From: Planctomycetota bacterium | GTDB taxonomy: Bacteria > Planctomycetota > UBA1135 | Assembly: GCA_045047305.1 (NCBI GenBank) | Contig: JASFYO010000083.1 | Span: 1 to 25,828, forward strand | Direction of reading: 5' to 3' | Length of the DNA stretch: 25,828 bases | Shown: positions 9,269 to 17,913 of the stretch, in pieces | Numbering within the stretch: the first letter of the stretch is position 1 | Layout: each line of letters begins with the position of its first letter | Made by a program: the position numbers and the translations under genes | Notes under the pieces: model-generated | Told to the model about the DNA's origin: nothing | What the model saw: only the letters and a program-made list of their open reading frames with translations | Database searches by the model: none

Positions 9269-10410
9269 GCTTGCCTCCTGCGTAAGGTACGAAAGGCAAG
9301 GAATTCAAGCGCAGCGGTGCTATCTCTCCAGCCCGCCATTTTCACGTTGGTTTCTGCCTCAACCAATGCAGATAAAACTTGATCTAAATGTTGTTCATTC
9401 GCCACTTGCAAACGTTTCTCCATACGACGCACCACCGGCATACTCGGGCGTGATCCCACCGCGGTAAGGGCATCTTCCAAACTACGTCCGGATTGAACTT
9501 GCTGCAAAACGGCAACGGTCTTTTTATGTTCCCGTGTCACCGCCCCCACAATCATGCTGAAGGCATCTCGTGCGCTCACCCGACGTCCATCCCAGGAGCG
9601 CAATCCATGACGTGAAAGTTGTCCGATGAGGCGCAAGGTTTTAGCACCATCTCCGGCAAGCACGGCGTCGGCAAAATCGAAGGCGGAACCTTCTGCACTT
9701 TGCGCTGCCACCTGACGGACTTCCTCTTCGCCAATACTGTCGGTGCCGAGCATGCTGAAATGCTCGAGTGCCTGGATCAGGTCATTGGGACGTGCGCCAG
9801 CTAGCTCAACCAGCAAACCAGACGCACCACGCTGTAGTTTCAATTTGCGCACCTGCGCTTCCATGGCTACGAACAGTGCGGCTTCACTGGCATCTGGGTC
9901 CGGTTTCCACGGCGGCGGATCACCATACAAGCCGCGAAAACGCACCTTCTCAATGCCCTTCTTCCTGGTGGCGGCCAAGGCTTTCATACCTTTCCCAGTA
10001 TTGCCAGCGGCTTGGATCACCATCCATTCGGGACCATCGGCGCTGGTGGCTGCTGCAAGAATGGCCTCGGCCAATCGCGGCCACTTGTTCAGCGCTTTCG
10101 CGGCACGTCCCAGGATCAAGGCTTGGCGACTTGCAAATAAGGATTTCGATGCAAGGAAGCCCGCTAGCATTTCTGGCTGAAAATCAGGCGAACTGGCGTC
10201 GATATCAAGCAAATCAAGGCCTTCTTGAGCGCGGCCATATTGCCGTGCCGCGCGTAAAACTTGTTCTCCAAACCACACCTCTTCCTCACCGGAAGTTGGT
10301 GGTAGCACTAAGAGGCAACGCGGCGCTTCGCCTTGCTCTAAACGCGAACACCACTCGCGGCAGGTTGTGCCCGGGTCGGCTGCTCGTTTCTTACGCGTGG
10401 CGGCGCTCAT
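9265..10410 (-). CDS. holA: DNA polymerase III delta subunit (divergent)
   Basis: delta-like features: SKSLFASRQALI, ASGLLVELAG...LIQALEHF, SAFDFADAVLAGDGAKTLRLI, and C-terminal LVEAETNVK...ALEFL. Confidence 0.75.
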   Translation of the reverse strand: MSAATRKKRAADPGTTCREWCSRLEQGEAPRCLLVLPPTSGEEEVWFGEQVLRAARQYGRAQEGLDLLDIDASSPDFQPEMLAGFLASKSLFASRQALILGRAAKALNKWPRLAEAILAAATSADGPEWMVIQAAGNTGKGMKALAATRKKGIEKVRFRGLYGDPPPWKPDPDASEAALFVAMEAQVRKLKLQRGASGLLVELAGARPNDLIQALEHFSMLGTDSIGEEEVRQVAAQSAEGSAFDFADAVLAGDGAKTLRLIGQLSRHGLRSWDGRRVSARDAFSMIVGAVTREHKKTVAVLQQVQSGRSLEDALTAVGSRPSMPVVRRMEKRLQVANEQHLDQVLSALVEAETNVKMAGWRDSTAALEFLAFRTLRRRQA

Positions 10411-11279
10411 GTGTCTAATTTAAGCATCCACAGGTCAAGCCACAAGGCCAGGAAGAAAACCACGCCGACCCACGCGTTGACACGAAAAAAAACCATCGGC
10501 ACGTTCCGCAACCGGTCTCCGCGTAGGAGCCAATGCTGAAACAGAAACACCGCGAGAACCACGCCAAGCCCAACCTGGAAGGCCACGCCGGCACTTAGTA
10601 AACGGCCAACCTCGATCCAAGCCAATAAGGCGAGGGCGTAACACAGCATCGAGGCCATGCGGGTGGCACGGCTACCAAAGCGTGCAGGGAAAGAATGGAG
10701 CCCTTCGCGGCGATCATGCTCTACGTCTTGCAAGGCGTAGAGTAAATCGAAGCCGGCTACCCAGGTCAAAACGCCTGCCCCAATCCACAGCGGAATCACC
10801 CAGTCGCCATCAAAGTTTTTAGCCACTGCTAGCCAAGCTCCTGCGGGTGCGATACCAAGGGCAAGGCCCAAACCCAAATGGCAAAACCAGCCGTAATGTT
10901 TCAGTCGGGAATAGCCGAGCAACACACCGAGAACCGGCAAAGAAAGCCAACCACAGAGAGGCGACAACCAAGCTGCACTGGCCACAAAAGCTAGGCTGCA
11001 AATAGCGGTAAAAGCCCGTGCATAACGCACGCTTAAGCTTCCAGTGACTAACTCGCGATTTGCGGTGCGAGGGTTAGTCGCATCGATATCACGGTCGACG
11101 ACGCGGTTAAAGGTCATGGCTGCGCTGCGCGCTGCAACGGCTGCAATCAAAATCCCAATCAGGTCTCCAAAATCTGGCAAGCCCTGGGCGGCAATCCACG
11201 CGCCCGACAATGCGAATGGCAACGCGAACAGCGTATGCTCAAACTTAATCATGCGCATGGTGGTGCTGAATGAATTCAT
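10407..11279 (-). CDS. UbiA-family polyprenyltransferase (MqnP-like, menaquinone futalosine pathway)
   Basis: IKFEHTLFALPFA, ARSAAMTFNRVVDRDIDATNPRTANREL and WVAGFDLLYALQD. Start ATG 11279 overlaps the ubiX stop (ATGA). Confidence 0.9.
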   Translation of the reverse strand: MNSFSTTMRMIKFEHTLFALPFALSGAWIAAQGLPDFGDLIGILIAAVAARSAAMTFNRVVDRDIDATNPRTANRELVTGSLSVRYARAFTAICSLAFVASAAWLSPLCGWLSLPVLGVLLGYSRLKHYGWFCHLGLGLALGIAPAGAWLAVAKNFDGDWVIPLWIGAGVLTWVAGFDLLYALQDVEHDRREGLHSFPARFGSRATRMASMLCYALALLAWIEVGRLLSAGVAFQVGLGVVLAVFLFQHWLLRGDRLRNVPMVFFRVNAWVGVVFFLALWLDLWMLKLDT

Positions 11280-11899
11280 TGCTGCACTCCTTGGCCGCCA
11301 TCCCAGGCTGGAATCGAATCCTGTGCGACTCCACAACAAGCAAGGATTTTGGCGCAGAGGTGGTTCACCAGGTCATCGATGGATTGCGGGCGAAAGTAAA
11401 AGCCAGGCGATGCTGGGAGCACCGTGGCCCCGGCCCAGGCAAGGCGCGAAAGATGATCTAGATGCAGGCGTGACAAAGGCGTTTCACGCGGCACCACCAC
11501 CAACTTTTTGCCTTCTTTCAAGGCGACTTGGGCAGCACGCTCAATCAAATTGGAGGCCGAACCATGTGCAATTCCACCTAAGGTGCTTAAGGAACACGGG
11601 ACTAAAAGCACCACATCGCCGATGGCAGTTCCCGAGGCAGGAGGCGCCCCGATATCGCGATGCGACCACAGATGTATCCCTTTGGGATCCACGCCAGGCT
11701 CAAGCAAAACCGAAGGGCAATCTTCTAGTTCAATGGAGAGCTCTTCGCGCAAAACGCGTCGGGCTGCAGCGGAGTAAACCAGGTCGACCTGAACTCCCGC
11801 CGCATGCAGCATTTGCAGGCAACGTCGCGCGTACACGGCACCGCTGGCACCACTGACTCCGAGAAAGACTCGGCGCGCTGAAGGAGCGTTGACAGGCAT
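11276..11899 (-). CDS. ubiX: Flavin prenyltransferase
   Basis: GVSGASGAVY, DIGAPPASGT, PCSLSTLGGIAHG, NLIERAAQVALKE, VPRETPL and PASPGFY motifs. Confidence 0.95.
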   Translation of the reverse strand: MPVNAPSARRVFLGVSGASGAVYARRCLQMLHAAGVQVDLVYSAAARRVLREELSIELEDCPSVLLEPGVDPKGIHLWSHRDIGAPPASGTAIGDVVLLVPCSLSTLGGIAHGSASNLIERAAQVALKEGKKLVVVPRETPLSRLHLDHLSRLAWAGATVLPASPGFYFRPQSIDDLVNHLCAKILACCGVAQDSIPAWDGGQGVQQ

Positions 11900-11900
11900 G

Positions 11901-12638
11901 TTAGGTCAGGAGGTAGAGGGCGTCGTAAGCGAAGTGGGCATAAACCGCGACCGCAAGGCCTCGAGTCAGGAACAGGAGTCCAAATGCCACTCCAGCAAGC
12001 ATACGGAAGCCGAGGACATCGGCTTGAAAAGCCTCTGCATGGCCGTTCCATCCATGCGCCATTGCAAATGCGGCCGAGGACAAGAGCACCGCCAAAAGCA
12101 GCGAGAGTCGGGTGGCGGTCACCTCTCCGGCAACATGACGGAACAGGAAGTTCAGCAAGAAAGCTCCTGCACCTACGCCCAGCCCGCGAAACAAAAGCTC
12201 CTCATAAACCCCAGCTCCAGCTGCTACAGCGAGATGGTGTACCACACTTAAAGATGCAACATCAGCCTCGGCACCTTGAAAAATCAACGGACTTGGCTCC
12301 AGCGGTAGCCACTGGGTGAGCTGCGAAAGCCCCGGGCCAAGTAATAACGCCCAGCAAAGCCCCTCCATGAGAATCATGGCGCTCGCCCCGGCCCAAGCAA
12401 GTTGCAATTGCCGAATGCGACCAAGTGCCCAGAGCAGACCTAAAACCAAGAAACCCCAAAGTGCCGCGGTGCCAATTCCACCCATTTTCTGCAAGGTGGT
12501 TTCCACCAGGAAAAAGGAATCTACCGCGGTGTGAGCGCGACCAAATAAGTGAATCAGAACCAGCGGCAAGAGAGCGAGCAAGGTGACCGCGGGATCACGT
12601 CGGGCTTCGCCTAGGCGATGCATCTCTGACTTAGTCAA
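11901..12638 (-). CDS. CPBP (Abi/Rce1-like) intramembrane glutamic protease
   Basis: EELLFRG, FAMAH and HFAYD motifs in a multi-TM protein. Start uncertain: TTG 12638 follows a GGAG, and ATG 12623 or TTG 12650 are alternatives. Confidence 0.85.
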   Translation of the reverse strand: MTKSEMHRLGEARRDPAVTLLALLPLVLIHLFGRAHTAVDSFFLVETTLQKMGGIGTAALWGFLVLGLLWALGRIRQLQLAWAGASAMILMEGLCWALLLGPGLSQLTQWLPLEPSPLIFQGAEADVASLSVVHHLAVAAGAGVYEELLFRGLGVGAGAFLLNFLFRHVAGEVTATRLSLLLAVLLSSAAFAMAHGWNGHAEAFQADVLGFRMLAGVAFGLLFLTRGLAVAVYAHFAYDALYLLT

Positions 12639-13329
12639 CGCGTTCTCCAATCAGTAAACGGGCCACCCCACCAGTGAGTGGTTGGTTGCACACCACACGG
12701 AATCCAGCCTCTTCCATCCAGGTGGAGAACGTGGCAGGACTCGCAAACTGATCCACACTTTCCGGCAGGTAGCGATAAGCGCCGGTGCGTCCAGCACGCA
12801 CCACTTTGGCCAATAATGGCAAAACATGCAGGAAGTAAAAACGAAACATGCCACGCCAGAGTGGATTAGGAATAGGGAAAAATTCTAGTACCGCAATTTG
12901 CCCTCCCGGCAATAGCACTCGGTGACATTCCTTCAAGGCTTTTTGCGGGTCCTCAACATTGCGTATACCGAAAGCAATACTCACTGCGGAGAACTGTCGC
13001 GCAGTAAAAGGTAATGCTTGTGCATCGGCTTGAATCCACGGAATGCTTTGCGCAGAAGATGGCTTGCGCCGTTGCGCAACGGATAGCATCGGCAAGGTGA
13101 AATCAGCGGCGCAAACTTCTGCGCCACTTTCAGCAAATGCAAACGCAAGATCTCCTGTACCACAACATAGATCCAAGACCGAAGCCCCATGGGGCAACGC
13201 GAGGCGGTGGATCAAACGCTTTCTCCAAGAACGATCGATACCAAAACTCAATAGGCGGTTCAGGAAGTCGTATCGCGGGGCGATTTCACCGAACATCGCC
13301 TGGATTTCCTGGCCAGGAGGGGCAGACAT
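12631..13329 (-). CDS. ubiE: Ubiquinone/menaquinone biosynthesis C-methyltransferase (UbiE/MenG)
   Basis: MFGEIAPRYDFLNRLLSFGIDRSWR, LDLCCGTGD, AFGIRNV and AYRYLPESV. Start placed at ATG 13329. Confidence 0.93.
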   Translation of the reverse strand: MSAPPGQEIQAMFGEIAPRYDFLNRLLSFGIDRSWRKRLIHRLALPHGASVLDLCCGTGDLAFAFAESGAEVCAADFTLPMLSVAQRRKPSSAQSIPWIQADAQALPFTARQFSAVSIAFGIRNVEDPQKALKECHRVLLPGGQIAVLEFFPIPNPLWRGMFRFYFLHVLPLLAKVVRAGRTGAYRYLPESVDQFASPATFSTWMEEAGFRVVCNQPLTGGVARLLIGERVD

Positions 13330-13337
13330 GCGCTGCC

Positions 13338-13366
13338 ATTCTCCCCTATCCAAGTGGCTGGGTAAA
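13338..13366 (-). promoter_or_regulatory. Candidate sigma-70-type promoter for the ubiE operon (near-leaderless)
   Basis: Minus strand: TTTACC, 17-nt spacer, GAGAAT, then 8 nt to ATG 13329. It lies just downstream of the terminator. The -10 lacks the first T. Confidence 0.4.
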
Positions 13367-13376
13367 GCCGTCCATC

Positions 13377-13418
13377 AAAAAAGGTACGGCGCCTCCCGTT
13401 AAGAAGATGCCGTACCTT
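13377..13418 (-). terminator. Rho-independent terminator of the large lipoprotein gene
   Basis: Minus-strand RNA AAGGUACGGC-AUCUUC-UUAACG-GGAGGC-GCCGUACCUU-UUUU. It has a perfect 10-bp outer stem, an inner stem and a U-tract, 20 nt after the stop at 13439. Confidence 0.85.
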
Positions 13419-13438
13419 GGAGCAGGACGAATCCTGGC

Positions 13439-16400
13439 TTACTGACGCCAGTAATGAGCAAGAACAGACACGCCTGGCACGCGGATTGGACTCACATTTG
13501 GCAATGTCAAGCCAGTCCGCAAATCCAAAACATCCACTAGCCCAGTCGAGTTGGCTGCAAACAGGTACTGCACGAAGGATACCGGTGCATTCGGCCCCCG
13601 GTGCATTCCTTTACCAGAGTGAGGCACAAAGCCGCCGATGAGTGCTGCCAAGGTTTGGGTGATATCGCCTTGGTTAGACAAATCATCCAACGCCAAATCG
13701 ATGATGGCAGAAGACGAAAATCCGGAGTACTGAATTTGAATCTTCCAGGTTTTGTCGCGGCGGTTAGGGTCAACCACTTGCCCTGGCGGAATACGGATGG
13801 AAACAGCACCAGTCGGCGCATTCTCCAACCAAATTACGTCGACAAGACCTTGGCCGCCTTCCGAGTAGGCCACAAAAACACCGTGCTGATTGCTACCTGG
13901 ATCCATCATGATTGCCGATGGATTCGAAAAACCAGAACGGCCATCCAAGTCTGGAGCTCCTACGAAGTCATCAAAACCAATGCCCTGAATTCCATCAGGA
14001 CCAGATTCAAAAATGTTCATGGCTCCAGAAGCTGAAATCACATAGGCGTAGTAAAGACCAGAATTGAACCCGAAGTTATTCGCCCGGTCTCCAACAGCAA
14101 GGAACCTAGGGTTGTCAACACCTGGGATGATTTTGCGGATGTTGAGACCAGCACCAGAAATGATCGCCATGGAATCGGAGCGTTCACAAATCACCAAAAT
14201 ATCCTCACCATCTGGCTGCCAGACAACTTTCGTAGGGCCTAGGCCTGTACGGTTGTTTGGAATATCAACCAAACTGGTTGTTTTAACCACCTGATGGAAA
14301 GTTGGCGAGTTCGGGTTGGTATCGATAAAGGTAACCGTATTCGGGCCGTTATTCGACACAGCAAGCATGTCCAAGTCAGGAGCAATCCCCATGTCCCGTG
14401 GACTCGATACAGGAATCCTGGCAATCACATTCATCCGGTTGCTATTCAAAACCACAACTTGTTCGCCTGCGGCATCTAGGACATAAAGGAAATGTCCAAC
14501 TTGTTGACGCAAGGTGAATGCCGGACAGCCCGGTTGCGTTGGCGCAGGACCATAGAAAGCAACACCTTTGTATACGTCTTGCTCCGTCAGCAGCCCAGAA
14601 GGCTTACTGCCGGTCAAAGCATTACCAAAGGCGTCTCCGTTGGTAATCAAAAGGTTGGTTGGCCCGGTCTGAGTTGGCTCCTCCGTCTGGATCAACGGCG
14701 AGAAACAAGATGGCGCTAACTGAATGCGAGGCGGGTTCGGGTGCGGTGCTGTAGAAATGCTGTTGCCTTCTCCAGTGCCTCCTAATGGGTGCGTCTGGAA
14801 TGCAGCGTTGGCACACAAGTTTTGACCACCGGAGAGACATTCAAAGTTATTGAATGCAATATCCAACGGGTGGCCCAGCATCATGTCAATGACAGTTCCG
14901 ACCTCATCGGTGGTGACCAATTGGGTGCGTAAAGTCGAGTCCTGTGCGAGAGTAAACACACCGCGGGAACCGCCAGCCAAAGACGTGGTATCCGCCGAAA
15001 GCGGTGGGAAGATACCTGGTACAGCAAGGTTCGGGTTAAAAGGGAACTTAGAGATGTCGCCAGCGACTGGTACCCCATCCACAATGGTTACGTTGTAGAA
15101 CGGATTACTCGAATCGTGAGTCGGATCGCCGGTGCCTTGTCCAAAACCATCAAGGTCGATGACACGAATACCACCCGTGGTTCCACCCCCGTTCGAGGCT
15201 GCAATAATTGCACCTGGAGCGACGGGCACGTTGACTAAGCCGGGACATGCGGAACCGACCGAAAAGTCCACCTTAGAAAACTCTTGCGAAGAACCATCAT
15301 TGTTCAACGCCAAATCCACTGCCGAGTTATGGAAGTAAGTGACCGTCGCCTGGGCTTGCGCACCGAAAGGATCGCTTCCTGGAAAACTCACGACCGGAGT
15401 CACGATGAACTCGGTGAAGTTGAATGGACTAACAGGCAACACCGTGTATGGGAGTTGAATGGTTGAGCCCGGAGGTGGGGAGCCTGGAGCGACTGGTGGC
15501 AAAAACTCCACCGTAAACTCATTGGAAAGTGCCGGTGCCACCAAGCTTGGAAGTGGACCAATTGAGTAAGGCTGACAAGCTTCATCGAAGCTGAAGCGAA
15601 TCTCCTGGTCACAAGGTAGGTCCGAAGAAAGATCCTTTGGAACCGTCACTGGAACACCGCCGAGGCCATCAAGCAGCGGAGAAGGAGGAATCCCATCAAA
15701 GGAGACTTGGGAGGTTCCCACGCCGCCCTGAGCGAGAAAACGACCGTCCGAGCTACGCACACCACCAATGATGGTCCCAGGGCCGGAACCGTCTTCCGCT
15801 CCCTTGATGACCACACGGATCACGCGATTCTCAGGGAAGGACTCATAGGTGGCCAGGTTTTCGTCCGTGTCGACTACGAAGACGAAAGTGTTAGGGCTGA
15901 TTAAACCACCAGAGCCAACGAAACCGCCATTGACGACTCCATTTTCACTGTCGTCGGTTCCTGGAAAGCCGATGCCAGGTTGGGAAGTCGTGCCATTTCG
16001 GGTTACGGTTTGGGCGTTGACACCATTGTTGCCATTTTTGCGAACCCAACGCTCTAGGGTTGGGCCGGTACCGAAGTAAGTTTGACCGTTGATGAAACCG
16101 CGCCCTTGCACCGGTTCACTTTGCCCAGTTGCCTGGTCGTAAGCCACCACGGTGATGGCGCCGGTCAAGCCATTGTTGGCAAGGCCAGCAGCCGTTTTAT
16201 CCAACACCGAGTTACGCGACAAAGAGCGCGAAAACTTAACTGCAACGAAGTGGTTTCCAGTTTGGTTCGCAGGATTGATCGATGCCACTGGCCATGCGGA
16301 CGGCGGGCGCACTGGGTTCAACACCGTTGGTGGGTTGTTCAGTAAATCATCGATGGTACGGATTTCGACTAGCTGCGCAGTTGGTAAGCCAGAAATCGGA

Positions 16401-16588
16401 TCAGCAACAGGTACCACGTAGGGCAACAAACGCCCGAAGCCGTTAGTGACCTCAAGGATGTTCATCGTATCCGAGGTTGCGTAGGGATCGCTATCCAGTG
16501 GGCTAGCGCCCTGGTCTAGATTGAAACAGGAAAAGGAACTCGCCAAGGTGGCAAGTACCAGTGTTCTCGTGAAGAGGCTTCGACTCAT
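13439..16588 (-). CDS. Large predicted lipoprotein with Ig-like segments and a C-terminal YVTN/YncE-like beta-propeller
   Basis: Signal MSRSLFTRTLVLATLASSFS-C (lipobox, Cys21). Ig-like segments (FVAVKFSRSL; QEIRFSFDEA). Propeller-type repeats (FLYVLDAAGEQVVVLN; LAVSNNGPNTVTFIDTNPNSPTFHQVVKT; GLGPTKVVWQPDGEDILV). Rich in G/P/N/T. Confidence 0.8.
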   Translation of the reverse strand: MSRSLFTRTLVLATLASSFSCFNLDQGASPLDSDPYATSDTMNILEVTNGFGRLLPYVVPVADPISGLPTAQLVEIRTIDDLLNNPPTVLNPVRPPSAWPVASINPANQTGNHFVAVKFSRSLSRNSVLDKTAAGLANNGLTGAITVVAYDQATGQSEPVQGRGFINGQTYFGTGPTLERWVRKNGNNGVNAQTVTRNGTTSQPGIGFPGTDDSENGVVNGGFVGSGGLISPNTFVFVVDTDENLATYESFPENRVIRVVIKGAEDGSGPGTIIGGVRSSDGRFLAQGGVGTSQVSFDGIPPSPLLDGLGGVPVTVPKDLSSDLPCDQEIRFSFDEACQPYSIGPLPSLVAPALSNEFTVEFLPPVAPGSPPPGSTIQLPYTVLPVSPFNFTEFIVTPVVSFPGSDPFGAQAQATVTYFHNSAVDLALNNDGSSQEFSKVDFSVGSACPGLVNVPVAPGAIIAASNGGGTTGGIRVIDLDGFGQGTGDPTHDSSNPFYNVTIVDGVPVAGDISKFPFNPNLAVPGIFPPLSADTTSLAGGSRGVFTLAQDSTLRTQLVTTDEVGTVIDMMLGHPLDIAFNNFECLSGGQNLCANAAFQTHPLGGTGEGNSISTAPHPNPPRIQLAPSCFSPLIQTEEPTQTGPTNLLITNGDAFGNALTGSKPSGLLTEQDVYKGVAFYGPAPTQPGCPAFTLRQQVGHFLYVLDAAGEQVVVLNSNRMNVIARIPVSSPRDMGIAPDLDMLAVSNNGPNTVTFIDTNPNSPTFHQVVKTTSLVDIPNNRTGLGPTKVVWQPDGEDILVICERSDSMAIISGAGLNIRKIIPGVDNPRFLAVGDRANNFGFNSGLYYAYVISASGAMNIFESGPDGIQGIGFDDFVGAPDLDGRSGFSNPSAIMMDPGSNQHGVFVAYSEGGQGLVDVIWLENAPTGAVSIRIPPGQVVDPNRRDKTWKIQIQYSGFSSSAIIDLALDDLSNQGDITQTLAALIGGFVPHSGKGMHRGPNAPVSFVQYLFAANSTGLVDVLDLRTGLTLPNVSPIRVPGVSVLAHYWRQ

Positions 16589-16630
16589 GGGTTTTTAACT
16601 GGGGCTAGACAGCGTCCGGCACCTAGGTGG

Positions 16631-16647
16631 GGCAACAATCATGCCAA
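16631..16647 (-). promoter_or_regulatory. sigma-54 (-24/-12) promoter
   Basis: Minus strand TTGGCATGATTGTTGCC matches YTGGCAC-N5-TTGC with exact GG-N10-GC spacing. Predicted +1 is near 16620, about 32 nt before ATG 16588. Confidence 0.75.
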
Positions 16648-16890
16648 AGCCTAGGCGGCCTGGCTAGTCCCGCTTTTGGTGAGTTTGGCAGCATTCCGGG
16701 CGGAAACGCACACCGAATCTCTAGGACCACCAGATTGTAAGGGCACGCGGGACTCGATTGCGCTCAACTCCGCCATAAAAATCGCCTCCACCCCCAATTG
16801 CCGTTGCGAATAGGCCCACATCCCTACCACCCGAGCACAGAATCTCCTTTGTGGTGGAATTCAACGTCGTTACGCGGCAAAATCAAGTCC

Positions 16891-17913
16891 ATGGACTCCT
16901 CTTCCACCTTCGACGCGAAGCTCGCAGCCAGTAGTGAGCGCGAATTCGAGCGAGGGCTCCAACCTCAGGACTTCTCAGAGTTCTTAGGGCAGGAATCGCT
17001 ACTAGAGCCACTTCGGCTTATGCTCAGGGCGGCGTCCCAACGTGAGGAATCTCTCGAACACCTTTTGTTCACCGGGCTTCCAGGGCTTGGGAAAACATCT
17101 CTCGCACTCGCGATGGCGAAGGAGTCTGGCCACCCACTCAAGATGACCAGTGGCCCTGCCCTCACCAAAGCTCGAGATCTGGTCGGAATTCTGAGCCAAC
17201 TGGAGCCCAACACTCTGCTCTTCATCGATGAGATCCACCGCCTCCCCACCGAGGTCGAAGAATATCTTTATGGAGCTATGGACCGCTTCCAAATCGAGTG
17301 GACCTTCGATAGTGGTGTCCACGCACGCCTGCTGAAACTAGATTTGCAGCCGTTCACTTTGATTGGCGCAACCACCCGCGAGGCTTTGCTAACGCCTCCT
17401 TTCCGTTCGCGCTTTGGTCACCACCTACGCTTTGAGCCCTACTCCGATGATGCGCTCGACCTCATCCTCCACCGCTCCGCGAAATTACTAAAAACGGAAC
17501 TGGATGCCAAAGCGTCCAAACAACTAGCGCGTCATGCACGTGGAACGCCGCGCTTCGCCAATCGCCTCTTACGTCGAGCGCGCGACATTGCGCAGCTGGA
17601 AAATCAAAACAAGATCGACCACGAAGTTATTCAACGCACCTTCGATTTATTGGAAATCGATGCGCGCGGATTGGAGCGCCCTGACCGACACGTACTGCAA
17701 GCTTTGGCCAAGGCTAAGGGCGGTCCGCTTGGGCTAAAGAATCTAGCGGTTGCAGTGGAAGAAGCAGAAGACACTTTGGCCGACGTCATCGAACCGTGGC
17801 TCATGCGCCAAGGCTTACTGTTGCGCACTCCTCAAGGACGCATGTTGAGTGAAGAAGGCTGGCGGGTGCTCGGACTGGAACCACCCGCCGACGGCACGGA
17901 ATCAGGAGTATGA
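16891..17913 (+). CDS. ruvB: Holliday junction branch migration ATPase RuvB
   Basis: GLPGLGKTS, TSGPAL, LFIDEIHRL, FTLIGATTR and GTPRFANRLLRR. Start placed at ATG 16891 (MDSSST). Confidence 0.95.
   Translation: MDSSSTFDAKLAASSEREFERGLQPQDFSEFLGQESLLEPLRLMLRAASQREESLEHLLFTGLPGLGKTSLALAMAKESGHPLKMTSGPALTKARDLVGILSQLEPNTLLFIDEIHRLPTEVEEYLYGAMDRFQIEWTFDSGVHARLLKLDLQPFTLIGATTREALLTPPFRSRFGHHLRFEPYSDDALDLILHRSAKLLKTELDAKASKQLARHARGTPRFANRLLRRARDIAQLENQNKIDHEVIQRTFDLLEIDARGLERPDRHVLQALAKAKGGPLGLKNLAVAVEEAEDTLADVIEPWLMRQGLLLRTPQGRMLSEEGWRVLGLEPPADGTESGV

Noticed and set aside
9768..11856. Long plus-strand ORFs (9768-10418, 11044-11856)
   Set aside because: They are antisense to holA, ubiA-like and ubiX, and have no protein-like features.
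16589..16890. Known riboswitch, tRNA or CRISPR array in the longest intergenic region
   Set aside because: I recognised no aptamer consensus, cloverleaf or spaced repeats by eye. An Rfam search would be needed to exclude one fully.
16798..16890. N-terminal extension of RuvB from TTG 16798
   Set aside because: It shows no RuvB similarity. ATG 16891 gives a normal-length protein.
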